A DNA stretch of 64,000 nucleotides from Eledone cirrhosa. Lineage: Eukaryota. Of the stretch, positions 12,315-25,262 are shown piece by piece. A program made the translations under genes and the position numbers. Each line of letters begins with the position of its first letter. The stretch's first letter is position 1. The stretch is from contig OZ024745.1 of NCBI GenBank assembly GCA_964016885.1, positions 104,656,001 to 104,720,000 of the forward strand, in the 5' to 3' direction. The notes under the pieces were generated by a model that worked only from the letters and a program-made list of their open reading frames with translations, searched no databases and was not told the origin of the DNA.

Positions 12315-13149
12315 CACCTTCGAAATTTGCAAAACATTCTTGTGATTCAAGGGATGACAATTTCTTTTCTTCTACAACTTTGCCACCAGGATATATATAC
12401 TCAAAAATATACTCAAAATTCAGAGAAAAAGAAAGAATACATACATACATACATACATACATACATACATACATACATACATACATACATAAATACATAC
12501 ATCCATATATACATACATACATACATGCCTCAGCTTAGTAAATAGGTATTTAATTATTATGGATATTTAATTCTTTAAAATAAAACAACAATTAAATTTT
12601 ACAGATAATAATAAGTTCCCAATTAAGATATGAAAATATGATAAAGAAACTATTAGAAAATAAATTGAAGAAAAAATCCAGAAGAAAAAAAATATCAAGT
12701 AATAAAATATTTATGCTAAAAATGTTTAATAATATTTTATTTTAAAATCAAATCTATTTTTTTAATCAATCAGGAGCTTTTAATATGCTTAGTTTCTCTA
12801 TTGATATTTGTACTGTAGTAGTTTTAATTTCACTAACAATAACTAAGCAATAAATCAATATAGTTATTTCCCATTGAATAACAGTTATATAGTTTAATGG
12901 TAGAGTCTCTGCCAATCTTAACAATGAGCATTCAGTTGTTTAATCAACTGTAATCTCACTTGTGAAATTAACTTGCATAAGTAGCTGAGTATTCCATAGA
13001 TGTATATATACTCTTAACATAATTCTCATATTGAATCAATATAATAGTATAACTATGTGGCAAGCCTGGATGGAACTCTGAATTACCGGGACAGTCCATT
13101 GATAGAAAGATAGATAGCTGGATTGATTGATGGATGGATCGATGGTGAA

Positions 13150-13260
13150 AGAGAGAGAGAGAGAGAGTGTGGGGTGGGGGTGAGAGAGATTGAGATAGAG
13201 AGAGAAAGAGAAAGAAAGAGAGAGAAAAGGAACGAGAGAGAAAGAGAGAGAAAGAGAAAG

Positions 13261-13291
<31 letters not shown>

Positions 13292-13292
13292 C

Positions 13293-13350
<58 letters not shown>
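13150..13350. repeat. (GA)n-rich microsatellite
   Basis: Directly visible. Confidence 0.95.
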
Positions 13351-13357
<7 letters not shown>

Positions 13358-13519
13358 TCATTCTAGAACTGGACTGCTACATAATATATCAAATTGTAAT
13401 GAATTCGTCCAATACTCTACTCTGGGAATTTGATTGTTGGTACCACTAGAGAGTGAGGCTTGCCGGTGGTTGCTTGAGCAGCCATAATTGGCAATCAAAT
13501 ACACATTAAATCCTATCTT

Positions 13520-13870
13520 ATCATCATCATCACCATCATCATCATTGTTATCTAATGTCCACTTTCCCTGCTAGTGAGGGTTGGATGAGGCTATATAGAC
13601 TAAGTCAGTACTGAAGCAGGGCTATTGATCTTCCAGACAAGCTGGGGATCTGTTGTCTTACTTATGTATGGTCTCATGTTCTACCGAGCATACAGGAGAG
13701 GTTGTCATGTCTTTGACACAACTGAGGGTCCTCCCAACCCTTTGTTTGGCATGCTTTCTACAGCTGGATGCCTTTCCTATCACCAACCACTTTTCAGCAT
13801 GTACTGGGTGTGTTTATCATGTACATCACCAAATATTAGAGAAGCTGTCATGTCCTTGACATGACTAAAG
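13520..13870 (-). mobile_element. RTE-tail SINE family B
   Basis: (cat)n tail and the tttctacagctggatgcctttcct motif. Confidence 0.65.
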
Positions 13871-14109
13871 AGTCCACCCGACCCTTCATTCGGCAATCTC
13901 TCCATACCTGGATGCTCTTCTCATCACTAACCACTTCATAAGGGGGCATATGCATGTGGAGGAGAAGGCATGTGTATGTGTGTGTGTGTGTGTGGGGGGG
14001 GGTAGTGTTGTTGAGAATAGCTGTTAGTGAGTGGTAGTAGAAGGGAGGGTAGGTCATATTCTATGTTGCTGGTTGGATCTTCTTCAGCGCTACAGTGCCA
14101 GCCCTCACA

Positions 14110-14630
14110 GTCTGTAGTCATTTCTGTTGTGAGATTTAGTTTTTTTAACTAATCCCATATCTTCCTGTGTCTGCCTCTTCAACAAGTCCCATCCACTGGG
14201 GTTTCTCTGTATTTCTTTATGCAGCTGTTATCTTCCATGTAAATCACATGTCCATACCAATGCAGTCTTCTCTCTTGCACACTACATCCATCCTCTTATG
14301 CCAAGTTATTCTCTCAGTTTGCTTATGCTATGTCCCTTATGCACACTAACATTACACATCCATCAGAACATACTCAAATCATTTTTTTAGCCTCTGCTAA
14401 TCTTCAACCGTCAAGGCCCATGTTTCACTGCCATATAACATTGTAGTTAGCACACAGGCATCATACAGTCTACCCTTCACTCAGAGAGAAAAGCATTTTG
14501 TTATTAGCAGTGGTAATAGATCTCTAAACTTCTTCCAGCCTGTTCTTATCCCAGCTATCACAATTTTGGAACATCCTCCTCTATTGCTAATTTGATTGCC
14601 TTGGTAGCAAGATCTGTCAAAAGCTTCTTA
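14110..14630 (-). mobile_element. RTE-clade LINE fragment
   Basis: Minus strand resembles IRTGWKKFRDLLPLL, LYGSETW and RLHWYGH. Confidence 0.75.
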
Positions 14631-16609
14631 GAAAAAATATAGATAAATATATCAGATAAATAATCCTGAATATAATATGCTAAAAAGAGATACAGGCTGG
14701 TTGTAAATTAAATGTTGATTGAATGGTGTAGGCTCTAAACACAGAACAACACAGTTTACATGCAGATACAAAGCAATGGCTCTACATGAAACAATATATT
14801 CTGTATATTCTGCACTGTAGCAAGGTAGTGTCTATACTTACTAATAACAAGGTAAGAATCAACTGTAAACTGATGGGAATGTAATAAAGAAGTTATAAAG
14901 TACAAATTCAATGTTTCAGTTAATAAAACTGTGAGAAATCCTGGTAGATTTCACACTTGTGTAAAGAGTAGTTTCAGTGTGAAACATAAAGCTGGATTTA
15001 CATTTACATCTAAGTTTGCTAATTATGTTACATAGATGTCTCATTAAAAGAACATTGACTTAGGAATAGATGATGGTAGAGCTTTTCTCTATAACTCATT
15101 TAGCTAATAATTGTGAACAATAAAAAATCCATTTTAGGAGGCAAAATCACCATAATCTAGTTGATATGATATGACAGGTTGAAATAGATTTTTAAAGTAA
15201 TAAAGATTTTAAGTTTCTCAGTTTAAATCTATCTCTTTCTGATATTGGTGATTGTTCTACTTATACTCTTCTTAGAAAAGAATTATGGATTTCTTTTAAA
15301 TAAATAAATACAAAATATTTATGCTAGAACATAACATATATTTGAAAGTTTAAAGTAGTCTTAGGGTGGATATTACTACCATCTTAAATTTAGAAGATTT
15401 AGCTGTGAAAAGAATGAAATGTGAAGCATAAACACTTTCAACTATTCCTCTGTGCACAGTAAAACATAAGAAATCATTATTATGCTTGCATTTCAGATAT
15501 TATTGTTTCCCCATCAGAGAACAAATACTATTTGATTCCTGGAGGAATATGATTTATGGAGGAATATGATTACAACAATGCAATGTATGTCATACAGAAT
15601 ATTGGAAATGTCTAAAATGGTCTGTCTAATTTGCATGATGCACATAAGTTTATAGCTATATTTCTCTATACGTAGAATCGTAGATAAATTTTAGACAGAA
15701 CATTTAGATATCACTCTGCCATCCTTACAAAAAAAAAAAAATGTTTAATTAATAACACTGCTTTAAATTTATGATATTAGCTAAAATTATCACTCACCAA
15801 AATGGAAATTAAAATCTTTTTCTTATTGTTGCATTATAAAATGGCCTCTCCTCTGAAGCATACAGCCTATGTTCAGTATCTCTTACCTAACTAATATTTT
15901 TCTTGCTCAGTTTAAGCTGGTGTAATGTTGTTTTGTTTTTACCTTTGAACCAAAGTATGCAAGCATAAACAGTTAAGTGGGATTTGATATTAAATCAGAG
16001 CAGAGATTAAAAGAAAAAAGAAAAAAACAAAATTCTTCAGTTATGCAAATTAACAATCTATCATGAATCTAAAACTAAACAGACCCACGCTTTTAACCAT
16101 ATTTAGAAACACTCATCCAATATCTAACCATATTATCTCTCTCTGTCTCTCCACATCACCCTTAGTCACTCTTTATTATGCATACATAAATTTAATCAGA
16201 ATTTGATAATCAAAAAAACATTTAATTGTGCCAGATAAAAAAATTAAGGCTTCAAAACCATGCATTATCTCTTTGAGATAAAGATAAACTTTTATTTTTA
16301 AAACGAATGAACAAAAACAACAAGAACAGCAGGAAATATCATAGTGAGAGATAATTTCAGAAAATATCGATAAAAAAGTTTTGAGAGAAATAAAAACAAA
16401 TACAAGAGTAAAAATGGAGAATTTTCTATGAATTACACTATTGATTCAGACATTGATGCAATAATGTTTCTTTTTTCCATTTTTTTGTAACATTATAATC
16501 TGCATCAGCTCAAATATACATATTTATCATAGTTTACTGTGGAATTACAGTTTAGAAATGCAGACGGAATAAACTCTGAGACTAAAACATGTTAATATAT
16601 ATATATATA

Positions 16610-16912
16610 TCATCATCATCATCATCATTTGATTTTATGTCCGCTTTACCCTGCTTGCAAGGGTGGGACGGGAACTGATTCTGGGTTGATTTCTACAGCT
16701 GGATGCCATTCCTAAAACAACCTCATTTACAGTGAGTGCTGGGTGCTTTTTTGCCGTGGCACCTCCGCGACCACTTTACAGCTGAGTAAACTGGAGCAAT
16801 GTGAAATAAAGTGTCTTGCTCAAGGAAACGACACATCACTCAGTCTGAGAATTGAACTCACAACCTTTCGATTGCAAGAACAATGCATTAACCACTAAGC
16901 CATGTGCCTCCA
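16610..16912 (-). mobile_element. tRNA-derived SINE with a CORE-like segment and RTE-type (GAT)n tail
   Basis: Head ggcacatggcttagtggtt...gagttcaattctc, then ccttgagcaagacactttatttcacattgctccag, then a family-B tail. Confidence 0.7.
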
Positions 16913-16928
16913 TCAATATATATATATA

Positions 16929-17630
<702 letters not shown>

Positions 17631-17655
17631 CTAATAATAATAATAATAGAAAGGA

Positions 17656-17863
17656 TGTTAGATCTTCAATACATTTATTGAGGTGTGACATACGTTTTGG
17701 GATTGATCACCTCAAGGCTGAAACTGTATCAACTGGGCCCGACTCTGGAATCAAAAGCTCATCAGACTTCTGTTATGGTATTGATTCTGGCCCAATTGAT
17801 ATAGTTCGAGCTTTGAGCTGATCAATCATGAAACGCACGTCACACCTCTTTAAAGATCTAACA
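17656..17863. mobile_element. Diverged foldback element with decayed hammerhead, in (AAT)n
   Basis: Arms about 17656-17741 and 17789-17863. The minus strand reads GU-CUGAUGA...AAAAC-GUAU-GUC-AC; the plus arm keeps GAAAC-GCAC-GUC-ACAC. Confidence 0.7.
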
Positions 17864-17874
17864 CCTTGTCCTTA

Positions 17875-17908
<34 letters not shown>

Positions 17909-17911
17909 GTT

Positions 17912-18322
17912 GTGAATTGGCAGTATCGGTAGTGGGTCGGATGCCATTCTTTGCAGCAAAGAGTTACGGCTCTTTATGGTCTGAGTTCAAATCCTGCCGA
18001 GGTTAACTTTGCCTTTCATCCTTACGGGGGTCGATAAAATAAAGTACCAGTAATGCACTGGGATAATTGCTCGCCTTGTGCTAAAAGTAGAAACAATTAT
18101 TATTATTGTGAATTGGCAGTATCGGTAGAAAATCGGACGCCATGCTTTGACGCATGGAGTTACGGCCCTTGCCATTCTTAGTTCAAATCCCGTCGAGGTT
18201 AACTTTGCCTTTCATCCTTACGAGGGGGGGGGGGTCGATAAAATAAAGTACCAGTAATGCACTGGGATAATTGCTGGCCTTGTGCCAAAAGTAGAAACAA
18301 TTATTATTATTATTATTATTAT
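17912..18322 (+). mobile_element. Two tandem SINE family A copies
   Basis: A-box tggcagtatcggt, B-box gttcaaatcc and (att)n tails. Confidence 0.85.
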
Positions 18323-18475
18323 TACACTCTTCTTAGTACAACACCAATACGCCTACTGGAAACTATGCATCGAGTGCTCACTTTGGTGAACCTACAGTAA
18401 CTGGACGTTACAATCCCTAAACTATATATAATGTGTGTATGTGTGTGTATGTATGTTTGTATGTGTATATACATG

Positions 18476-18529
<54 letters not shown>

Positions 18530-18546
18530 TATATATATGTATATAT

Positions 18547-18611
<65 letters not shown>

Positions 18612-18697
18612 CATACATATATATATATATACTTATACATGTCCCACCCTTGCAAGCAGGGAAAAGCGGACGTAAAATGATGATGATGATGATGATG

Positions 18698-18729
<32 letters not shown>

Positions 18730-18749
18730 ATATATATATATATACTATA

Positions 18750-19290
18750 TAATATTTTGAGAATAAGCTCTCAGTCCTTTACAATAATTAAGCTCCAGGA
18801 AAGGGTCATTTCCGAGCAGTTAAATATACATTAAAATACATGATAAACACAAAACGTGTTTGCATTGCAACAGACAGTCAGCTATTAATGAAATAAACTA
18901 ATTAAAGTGAATACAATTTGTCTGTCTCGATATAAGTCAATAAAGACAATCTTATATTGGCAACTGCCATGATTCCTGGACAGATTTAAATTTCAAAATC
19001 CAAACCTGTTCTGTAGACGAATTTGAACCTCGACGATTCTCTTTATTTTTTAAATTCACATACCACCATTGCGAAACGGATTTAGGTTTCGAGGTTCAAA
19101 TTCGTCTACAGAACAGGTTTGGATTTTGAAATTTAAATCTGTCCAGGAATCATGGCAGTTGCCAATATAAGATTGTCTTTATTGACTTATATCGAGACAG
19201 ACAAATTGTATTCACTTTAATTAGTTTATTTCATTGATAGCTGACTGTCTGTTGCAATGCAAACACGTTTTGTGTTTATCATGTATTTTA

Positions 19291-19297
<7 letters not shown>
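18750..19297. mobile_element. Foldback element: about 209-bp inverted repeat plus about 75-bp unpaired tail, between (TA)n runs
   Basis: Arms 18824-19032 and 19089-19297 are nearly identical (one mismatch seen), with a 56-nt spacer. Confidence 0.9.
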
Positions 19298-19331
<34 letters not shown>

Positions 19332-19368
19332 ATTAAATAAATGGAAACTATATTTATAAAACCATATT

Positions 19369-19434
19369 TATTTCATTATATATATTTCAGGGATAACATA
19401 TTAACAATATGCTATGCCTTCCTCAGACAAAATA
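19369..19434 (-). ncRNA. Type I hammerhead at the 3' end of PLE 1
   Basis: UAUUUUGU-CUGAGGA-AGG(C)AUAGCAUAUU-GUU-AAUAUGUUAU(C)CCU-GAAAU-AUAU-AUA-AUGAAAUA. Confidence 0.75.
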
Positions 19435-20846
19435 CAATATAAACAGTTTTATAGATAAATAGATAAATAGATTCGACATACCGTACCAACATCTACTTGC
19501 ATTTGAGAAGGTTGATTTGGTTGTGACAAAATTGTACACAGAGAGAAAGAAAGAGAGAGAGAAAGAGAGAAAAAAGAGAGAAAAAAGGAAAGAAAGACAG
19601 AAAACGAAGAAAAAGAAAAAGAAGAAATGCTTGGAACAAAATAGAGAGATGGAAAGATAGATACAGAGAAGAACTTCATGTAAAGAAACAGAAAGAGATA
19701 TATATATATAGAGAGAGAGAGGAAATAGAGATAGATACATATATAGAAAGCTAGGTAGTGGAACGACTGTTGAATAACGTATCAATGATACATTTATTTG
19801 TTTATTTATTTATTTAGCTCTAGTATTAATGTAAGGGAGATATATGGAGGGAAAACCAGCTGTTAAATAGGGAGAGAAAAAATATAGAGAGAGAAAAAAG
19901 AGAGAGAGAAAATTCAAAAACATCCAGACACAAGCGAGGCGTACAAACCTCTGTTTTAATGTAGAGGTATTAGTAATTACAAAACCAGCCTCTGCATTGT
20001 AAATATCAGTATTCCTGAATGAGATATGTATCCACAATGTGTGAAAATTAATGATCTTATGTTTAGTTTTTTAAAAAATTCATATGTTTATGTGATAATT
20101 ACAAACATCTATGTGAATGTACATGATCAATTCTGCAAACCCTAAGTTCACGGAAAGTATTCTCAATGCGGTATAAAAATTTAAGTATACATATATGTGT
20201 ATATAGAGTCAATATTACTATTTCTGTCTCTACTCTACAAGATTATCTATCAAGCAAAGATAGAGCAGATTTCAATATACTAATAAAAATAAAAATAAAT
20301 AAAAATATATCGGAAACAAAACTAAACTAAAATAACAATAATAATAATAAGTAATAATAAAATAGAAAACTAAGAAATATTACGAAAGAGTATTACATAT
20401 TAAAAAAATATTATATATTAAAAAATTTACATATTAAAAATATTAAAAATATTAAAAATAAAAAATTAGGAAATACTACAGTAATAAAAATAAAATAAAC
20501 CACAAAGATCAACCCTTTAAAATTAATTGACAATATATTGCCAAGTTCATTATAAACATCAGAGTCGAAAAACAGATAAAGCCAAAAATTATCTATCAAA
20601 TCGCATCTAGCAAAGATCATTTCAAAAAGTATAGGATGCCCAATTTGGTCTACATGTGTTCTTATATTTAATATAGAAGTTTATCTAGTGTAACGTTTAT
20701 TCGAAATATTTGGAGCATCAACTTTTAGGATAGTTTAATTTTCATGAAGAATGTTTAAATAAATAAAATAAAAATAAAAAGAGTAAAAAGAGAATCAAAG
20801 ATTTATCGGCTAGTTTCCCATATAATTATAAATCAAACTAAATATA

Positions 20847-22045
20847 CTACATTTTAAATTTAAATTTATATTTAAACGTTGAGTTTAATCTATGTTTGCA
20901 ACAACTGAATAAATTTGTCCGTAGATTAAGGGAATTTTTAGATTTTAGTATAAAGAATATCTCCTCTGCGCAGAGGTCACATGTCTCAGAGGATGAATTA
21001 AAAGGAATCCCTCTTGAGACTATATTCCAAGCCGTCGAATATCTAACGTTATCTAGCTTAAGTTGCCATAGTACGCCTGATAGTGCCGTTGAAGATTTTT
21101 TACTTGGATCTGTGAAAGAATTCTTGTGGTTATTATAGCGAAGTTTAAATTCCGTCGATGTGGAACCGACGTAGTTAAAAGAATTAGAGTCAGTATTAAC
21201 ATTACAATTGTATACTATATTTTTAACTAAGCAGTTGTTATTTAACGGACATTTAGATCTATCTCTACAGTTACATTTGTTAACTTGTATATTATTTATG
21301 CTGTTATCACTAGGTTTTAAGTTCCTATTATTTATTCTATTGATATTTTATGCTAAATTTTTGGTGGATGAGTAAGTTAATTTAATTGTATGTCTATTGA
21401 AAATTGAGTGATATCTATGTGTTCTAGGGAAGCGATTATCAAGAGCTTTAAAAAATAGTTTAGCGATGTGGGTTTTAATGTTTAGTGAGAAAGGGGGGGC
21501 AAACCAAATTATGTTCCTAGTTCTATTTCTTTTTTGGCCTTTGGAATTATTGTAATGCTTTCTATTATAGTTGTTAAGGATGTTGCCGTAATTAAAAAAG
21601 TTGTTACTTTGTTTAGTTTGTCTATCATTATCTATGTACACAATCTTATCAGCATATCCTGCTCTAGCTAATGCTTCATTGTAGTATTGGGCTTTTTCGT
21701 CGAAAATCTTTCTATTCGACGAGATCCTAGAGATACGTTTTTGGACAGAGTTTACTATAGTGTTTTTGACAGATCTGGGGTGGTTAGAGTTAAAGTTTAC
21801 ATAGTTTAAGTTTTCATTCAACTTGTGAAAAGGATAGTGAAGACATGTGTTGAGATTTAATGTTATATCTAGGAAATTGACTATTCTATGGTTGTTTTCA
21901 ATTTCTATTTTAAGATTAAAGTAATTAAAAAATTGTGTAATTTGTTTACATTTTCTATTTAGTTCAGAGTTATTATTATCAATAAGTAAAAGCATGTCGT
22001 CTCTATATAAACCTCCGGTAGTACCGGGTATTTTCCTATGTAGCG
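20847..22045 (-). pseudogene. PLE reverse transcriptase C-half plus GIY-YIG endonuclease, one in-frame TAA at 21348-21350
   Basis: GLYRDDM, VNFLDITL, YVNFNSNHP and IIWFAPPFS. After the stop the same frame reads CNCRDRSKCPLNNNC, IVY...YVGST..FKLRYNNHKNSF, CDLC..E, LN, CCKH. Confidence 0.9.
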
Positions 22046-22047
22046 AA

Positions 22048-22106
22048 TTGTCTGAGGAAGGCATAGCATATTGTTAATATGTTATCCCTGAAATATATAT
22101 AATGAA
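22048..22106 (+). ncRNA. Inverted copy of the PLE 1 hammerhead
   Basis: Same core as 19369-19434. Stem I is cut to UUGU by the inversion junction. Confidence 0.7.
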
Positions 22107-22236
22107 ATAAATATGGTTTTATAAATATAGTTTCCATTTATTTAATATTGTAAATATACTCCAAATATTTGTCGAGTGCTTTTATATCAGTTATAAATAT
22201 TTTCTAGTTGTAACACAACAATTTAAATATAACTTT

Positions 22237-22275
<39 letters not shown>

Positions 22276-22324
22276 AAGAATGAAGAGTAACATGGTTGGC
22301 TGTACAATAAGGGCTGTATTTAAA

Positions 22325-22435
22325 GTACTGACAATTGTTTCGTTGATCAGGTGAGTCTAGAGTTCGCTAATCGCCCGAGGTTGCGTCATTCGATCTCCAA
22401 AACATTATTTACCTTTGGTCAACACATCAGAATAC
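22325..22435 (-). ncRNA. Type I hammerhead of PLE 2, A9U core
   Basis: GUAUU-CUGAUGU-GUUGACCA...UGAUCAAC-GAAAC-AAUU-GUC-AGUAC. Confidence 0.75.
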
Positions 22436-23082
22436 GTAGATATGAAAGTAATTCAATCGAGGCAAGACTTATATAGAAAAATGGCGTATAATCAAAACAA
22501 TAACATCAATAATAAAATAGCATATAATCAAAACAATAACATCAATAATAAAACATACATGGTAAATAGGTAGAGAAGTTACAGATGTAAAAAGTAAAAA
22601 GTAAAATATAAGATAAGGTACATTAAAAAGTAAGAAAATGAGAAAATGAAAAATATAAAAAAATGAATAAGTGAGAGCGTGTAAGTACATAGTAGTAGTT
22701 TTTTAGTAAGTGTTCTTATAAGGATTCGTTGGTGGGTTTAGTGCTAACATGAGAAACCAGATTCGAGATCTACATAGATACGTGTAGAGGGACCGATAAA
22801 AGAAAAGACAATAAATTAGAGATTAATTGGTAGATACATGTATGATATCTATGGGCTAGGGATGACGGGACATTTGATAAACGCTTGTTGTAAATGTTTT
22901 GCTCATTGTTCTATCTTAATGAGGTTGATGCTGTTTCAGGGAGAGAGGGGGAAAGAGATGTTCCGAGATTTCTGATCCAGTGACCAGTTGGCCGTTTGAT
23001 AGCTAATAGCAGTGCGATGGTGTGTATTCTATATGTTAAAATCTATGTGGGTCAGTACTAATTTTGGGATTGCTGGTTCAAA

Positions 23083-23900
23083 TCATGATGGTTTGAAGTT
23101 TGTGAATCTAGTAGGTATTTTATGCCTACAGAAAATTGATCTTTCTATTTTGCTGTTAAGCAGTATCCCATCGTACCTTAAAATATGTAGTAGTTCTAAA
23201 TTACAAAGCCCGCAGTGGGACATACCGTTGCTGTAGGCTTTTGCTACCGATAAGTTTGACCAGCTAATCTTATATTCTAGGTTTTTGTCCTTAAGCTGCC
23301 AGATTTTATTGGCGAGCGTCGGTTCTTCATGGAGTTTCTGTGGACGTACCACCTTTTCTTGAACTCCCCAGCTGTGGAACCTATGTAGTGCCAAGTAGAG
23401 TGCCTGAATTTACAGTACACAGGTATATCATACTCGAATCCAGGCATCTATTCCGTAGTGGGCACTTATCCGGTAGGTGGCAATTAGAATTTGAGGTTTT
23501 ATTTTGTGCAGGTTCATCGTTGCGGTTTTGTAAGTTGTAGGTGGGTTGTGATTTAGGCCTATTAATGTTTTGTTGTAATGTTTTCTTATGCGTTTGTGGT
23601 TGTGATGTTGTTATGTGTTTGTGTTTTGTATTTGGTGCTATGGTTGCGTGTTTGTAGGTTAATTTCTTTAGAGATATTTTTGTGGTTGATCTTACGTATG
23701 TGTGATTCTGTGTTGGCTGCAGTAGAGTAGGGAAGTTTTATAGTTTTTCTATTGAAGATTTTATGGTATTTGTCTAGTGTAGGGAAGTGCTTATCTATTA
23801 GTTTAAAGAATGTAGAAGGTAGTTTAGTTTTTATAGAGGAGTTGAATATTGGATTGCACCATAGGTACTTTCTATCTCTGGATCTTCTATAGTGTTCTGT
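23083..23900 (-). pseudogene. PLE linker plus GIY-YIG endonuclease remnant, frameshifted
   Basis: YLWCNPIFNS; SNCHLPDKCPLRNRC; MIY...YIGSTAGEFKKRW; TLANKIWQLK; CGLCNLE; LLNSK.E....CRH. Confidence 0.85.
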
Positions 23901-24456
23901 TCGGTTATATTTGGTGTTCGTTGTCTAATTCTATGCTTAGTCCTATGCCTGTTATTTCCATATGAGCGGGTAGATAGAACAATGAGCAAAACATTTACAA
24001 CAAGCGTTTATCAAATGTCCCGTCATCCCTAGCCCATAGATATCATACATGTATCTACCAATTAATCTCTAATTTATTGTCTTTTTCTTTTATCGGTCGC
24101 TCTACACGTATCTATGTACATCTCGAATCTGGTTTCTCATGTTAGCACTAAACCCACCAACGAATCCTTATAAGACCACTTACTAAAAAAAAACTAATAC
24201 TATGTACTTACACGCTCTCACTTATTTATTTCTTTATATTTTTCATTTTCTCATTTTCTTACTTTTTAATGTACCCTATCTTATATTTTACTTTTTACTT
24301 TTTACATCTGTAACTTCTCTACCTATTTACCAGACATGTTTTATTATTGATGTTATTGTTTTGATTATACGCTATTTTATTATTGATGTTATTGTTTTGA
24401 TTATACGCCATTTTTCTATATAAGTCTTGCCTCGATTGAATTACTTTCATATCTAC

Positions 24457-24567
24457 GTACTCTGATGTGTTGACCAAAGGTAAATAATGTTTTGGAGATC
24501 GAATGACGCAACCTCAGGTGATTAGCGAACTCTAGAATCACCTGATCAACGAAACAATTGTCAGTAC
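24457..24567 (+). ncRNA. Inverted copy of the PLE 2 hammerhead
   Basis: GUACU-CUGAUGU-GUUGACCA...UGAUCAAC-GAAAC-AAUU-GUC-AGUAC, with a perfect 5-bp stem I. Confidence 0.8.
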
Positions 24568-25188
24568 TTTAAATAAAGCCCTTATTGTACAGCCAACCAT
24601 GTTACTCTTCATTCTTTAACTATTATTACTCCAAGTATAATCTGCATAGAAATTACCGCGAACTCGCTGCATAACTATGGAAGCATCTTGTTGAGTCAAA
24701 CAAAGCCGTACGTTAAAACTATCCACCACGCAGAGTACTCACAACCTCTAACTGGATTACCTATAACGATAACTTGTTATCCCATATATATATATATATA
24801 AAGGTTTACATATATATATATATAAAGTCATAGATATATATGTGTTTTACAACGGGTCACGTTGTGGCTCAATGAAGAATTAATAAATTAAATGATCAGA
24901 GCTATATATCATAAAACATCTCTATAGAATCACTAGATAAAATGTATACCGTTTCTCTACCAATTAGCATAATTAACCATATAAAAAATCAATTAGACCA
25001 AGCTATAAGAATAAAGGCTCCTATGAAGAAATCTCCGACAAATAACCGAAAGCAGCCCCTTCGCGGCAGTTACAACGGAGTATTTATCGAATATTTCGAC
25101 AGCATGTATAAATCGACCAGATATACAGTCAACCAAACACAATTAGGTGTAAAATAAACTTGGAAGAAATGTGTACATATTTCATTAC

Positions 25189-25262
25189 CTCTACCATGGT
25201 TTCGTCCGTATTTTAAGACATCCGATAACAGGGGACATCCAGAGCTTCGGATTCATCAGGAG
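25189..25262 (-). ncRNA. Type I hammerhead
   Basis: CUC-CUGAUGA-AUCCG...CGGAC-GAAAC-CAUG-GUA-GAG. Stem III ACCAUGGU is palindromic. Confidence 0.75.

Larger units (their letters stand above)
19326..22240 (-). mobile_element. Penelope-like retroelement 1, 5'-truncated, with inverted terminal repeat
   Basis: RT-thumb-GIY-YIG coding remnant. 19326-19430 is repeated inverted at 22048-22152, followed by a tail to 22240. (TA)n on both sides. Confidence 0.9.
22271..24783 (-). mobile_element. Penelope-like retroelement 2, 5'-truncated, about 645-bp inverted repeats plus tail
   Basis: Arms 22271-22916 and 23972-24621, tail 24622-24783, (TA)n flanks. A GIY-YIG remnant lies between the arms. Confidence 0.9.

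Noticed and set aside
14640-16590. Host exon in the long repeat-poor AT-rich stretch
   Set aside because: There is no ORF with protein-like composition and no convincing paired splice sites. A micro-exon cannot be excluded without RNA-seq.
22046-22064. ATG start (MPSSD) of the 238-aa ORF
   Set aside because: It comes from the antisense strand of the inverted terminal repeat fused at the truncation point, not from a native start.
20847-23500. Selenoprotein-type Penelope (in-frame UGA at conserved cysteines, as reported for some Naiad elements)
   Set aside because: The cysteine codons I read are TGT or TGC, and the in-frame stop in PLE 1 is TAA. No convincing SECIS was seen.
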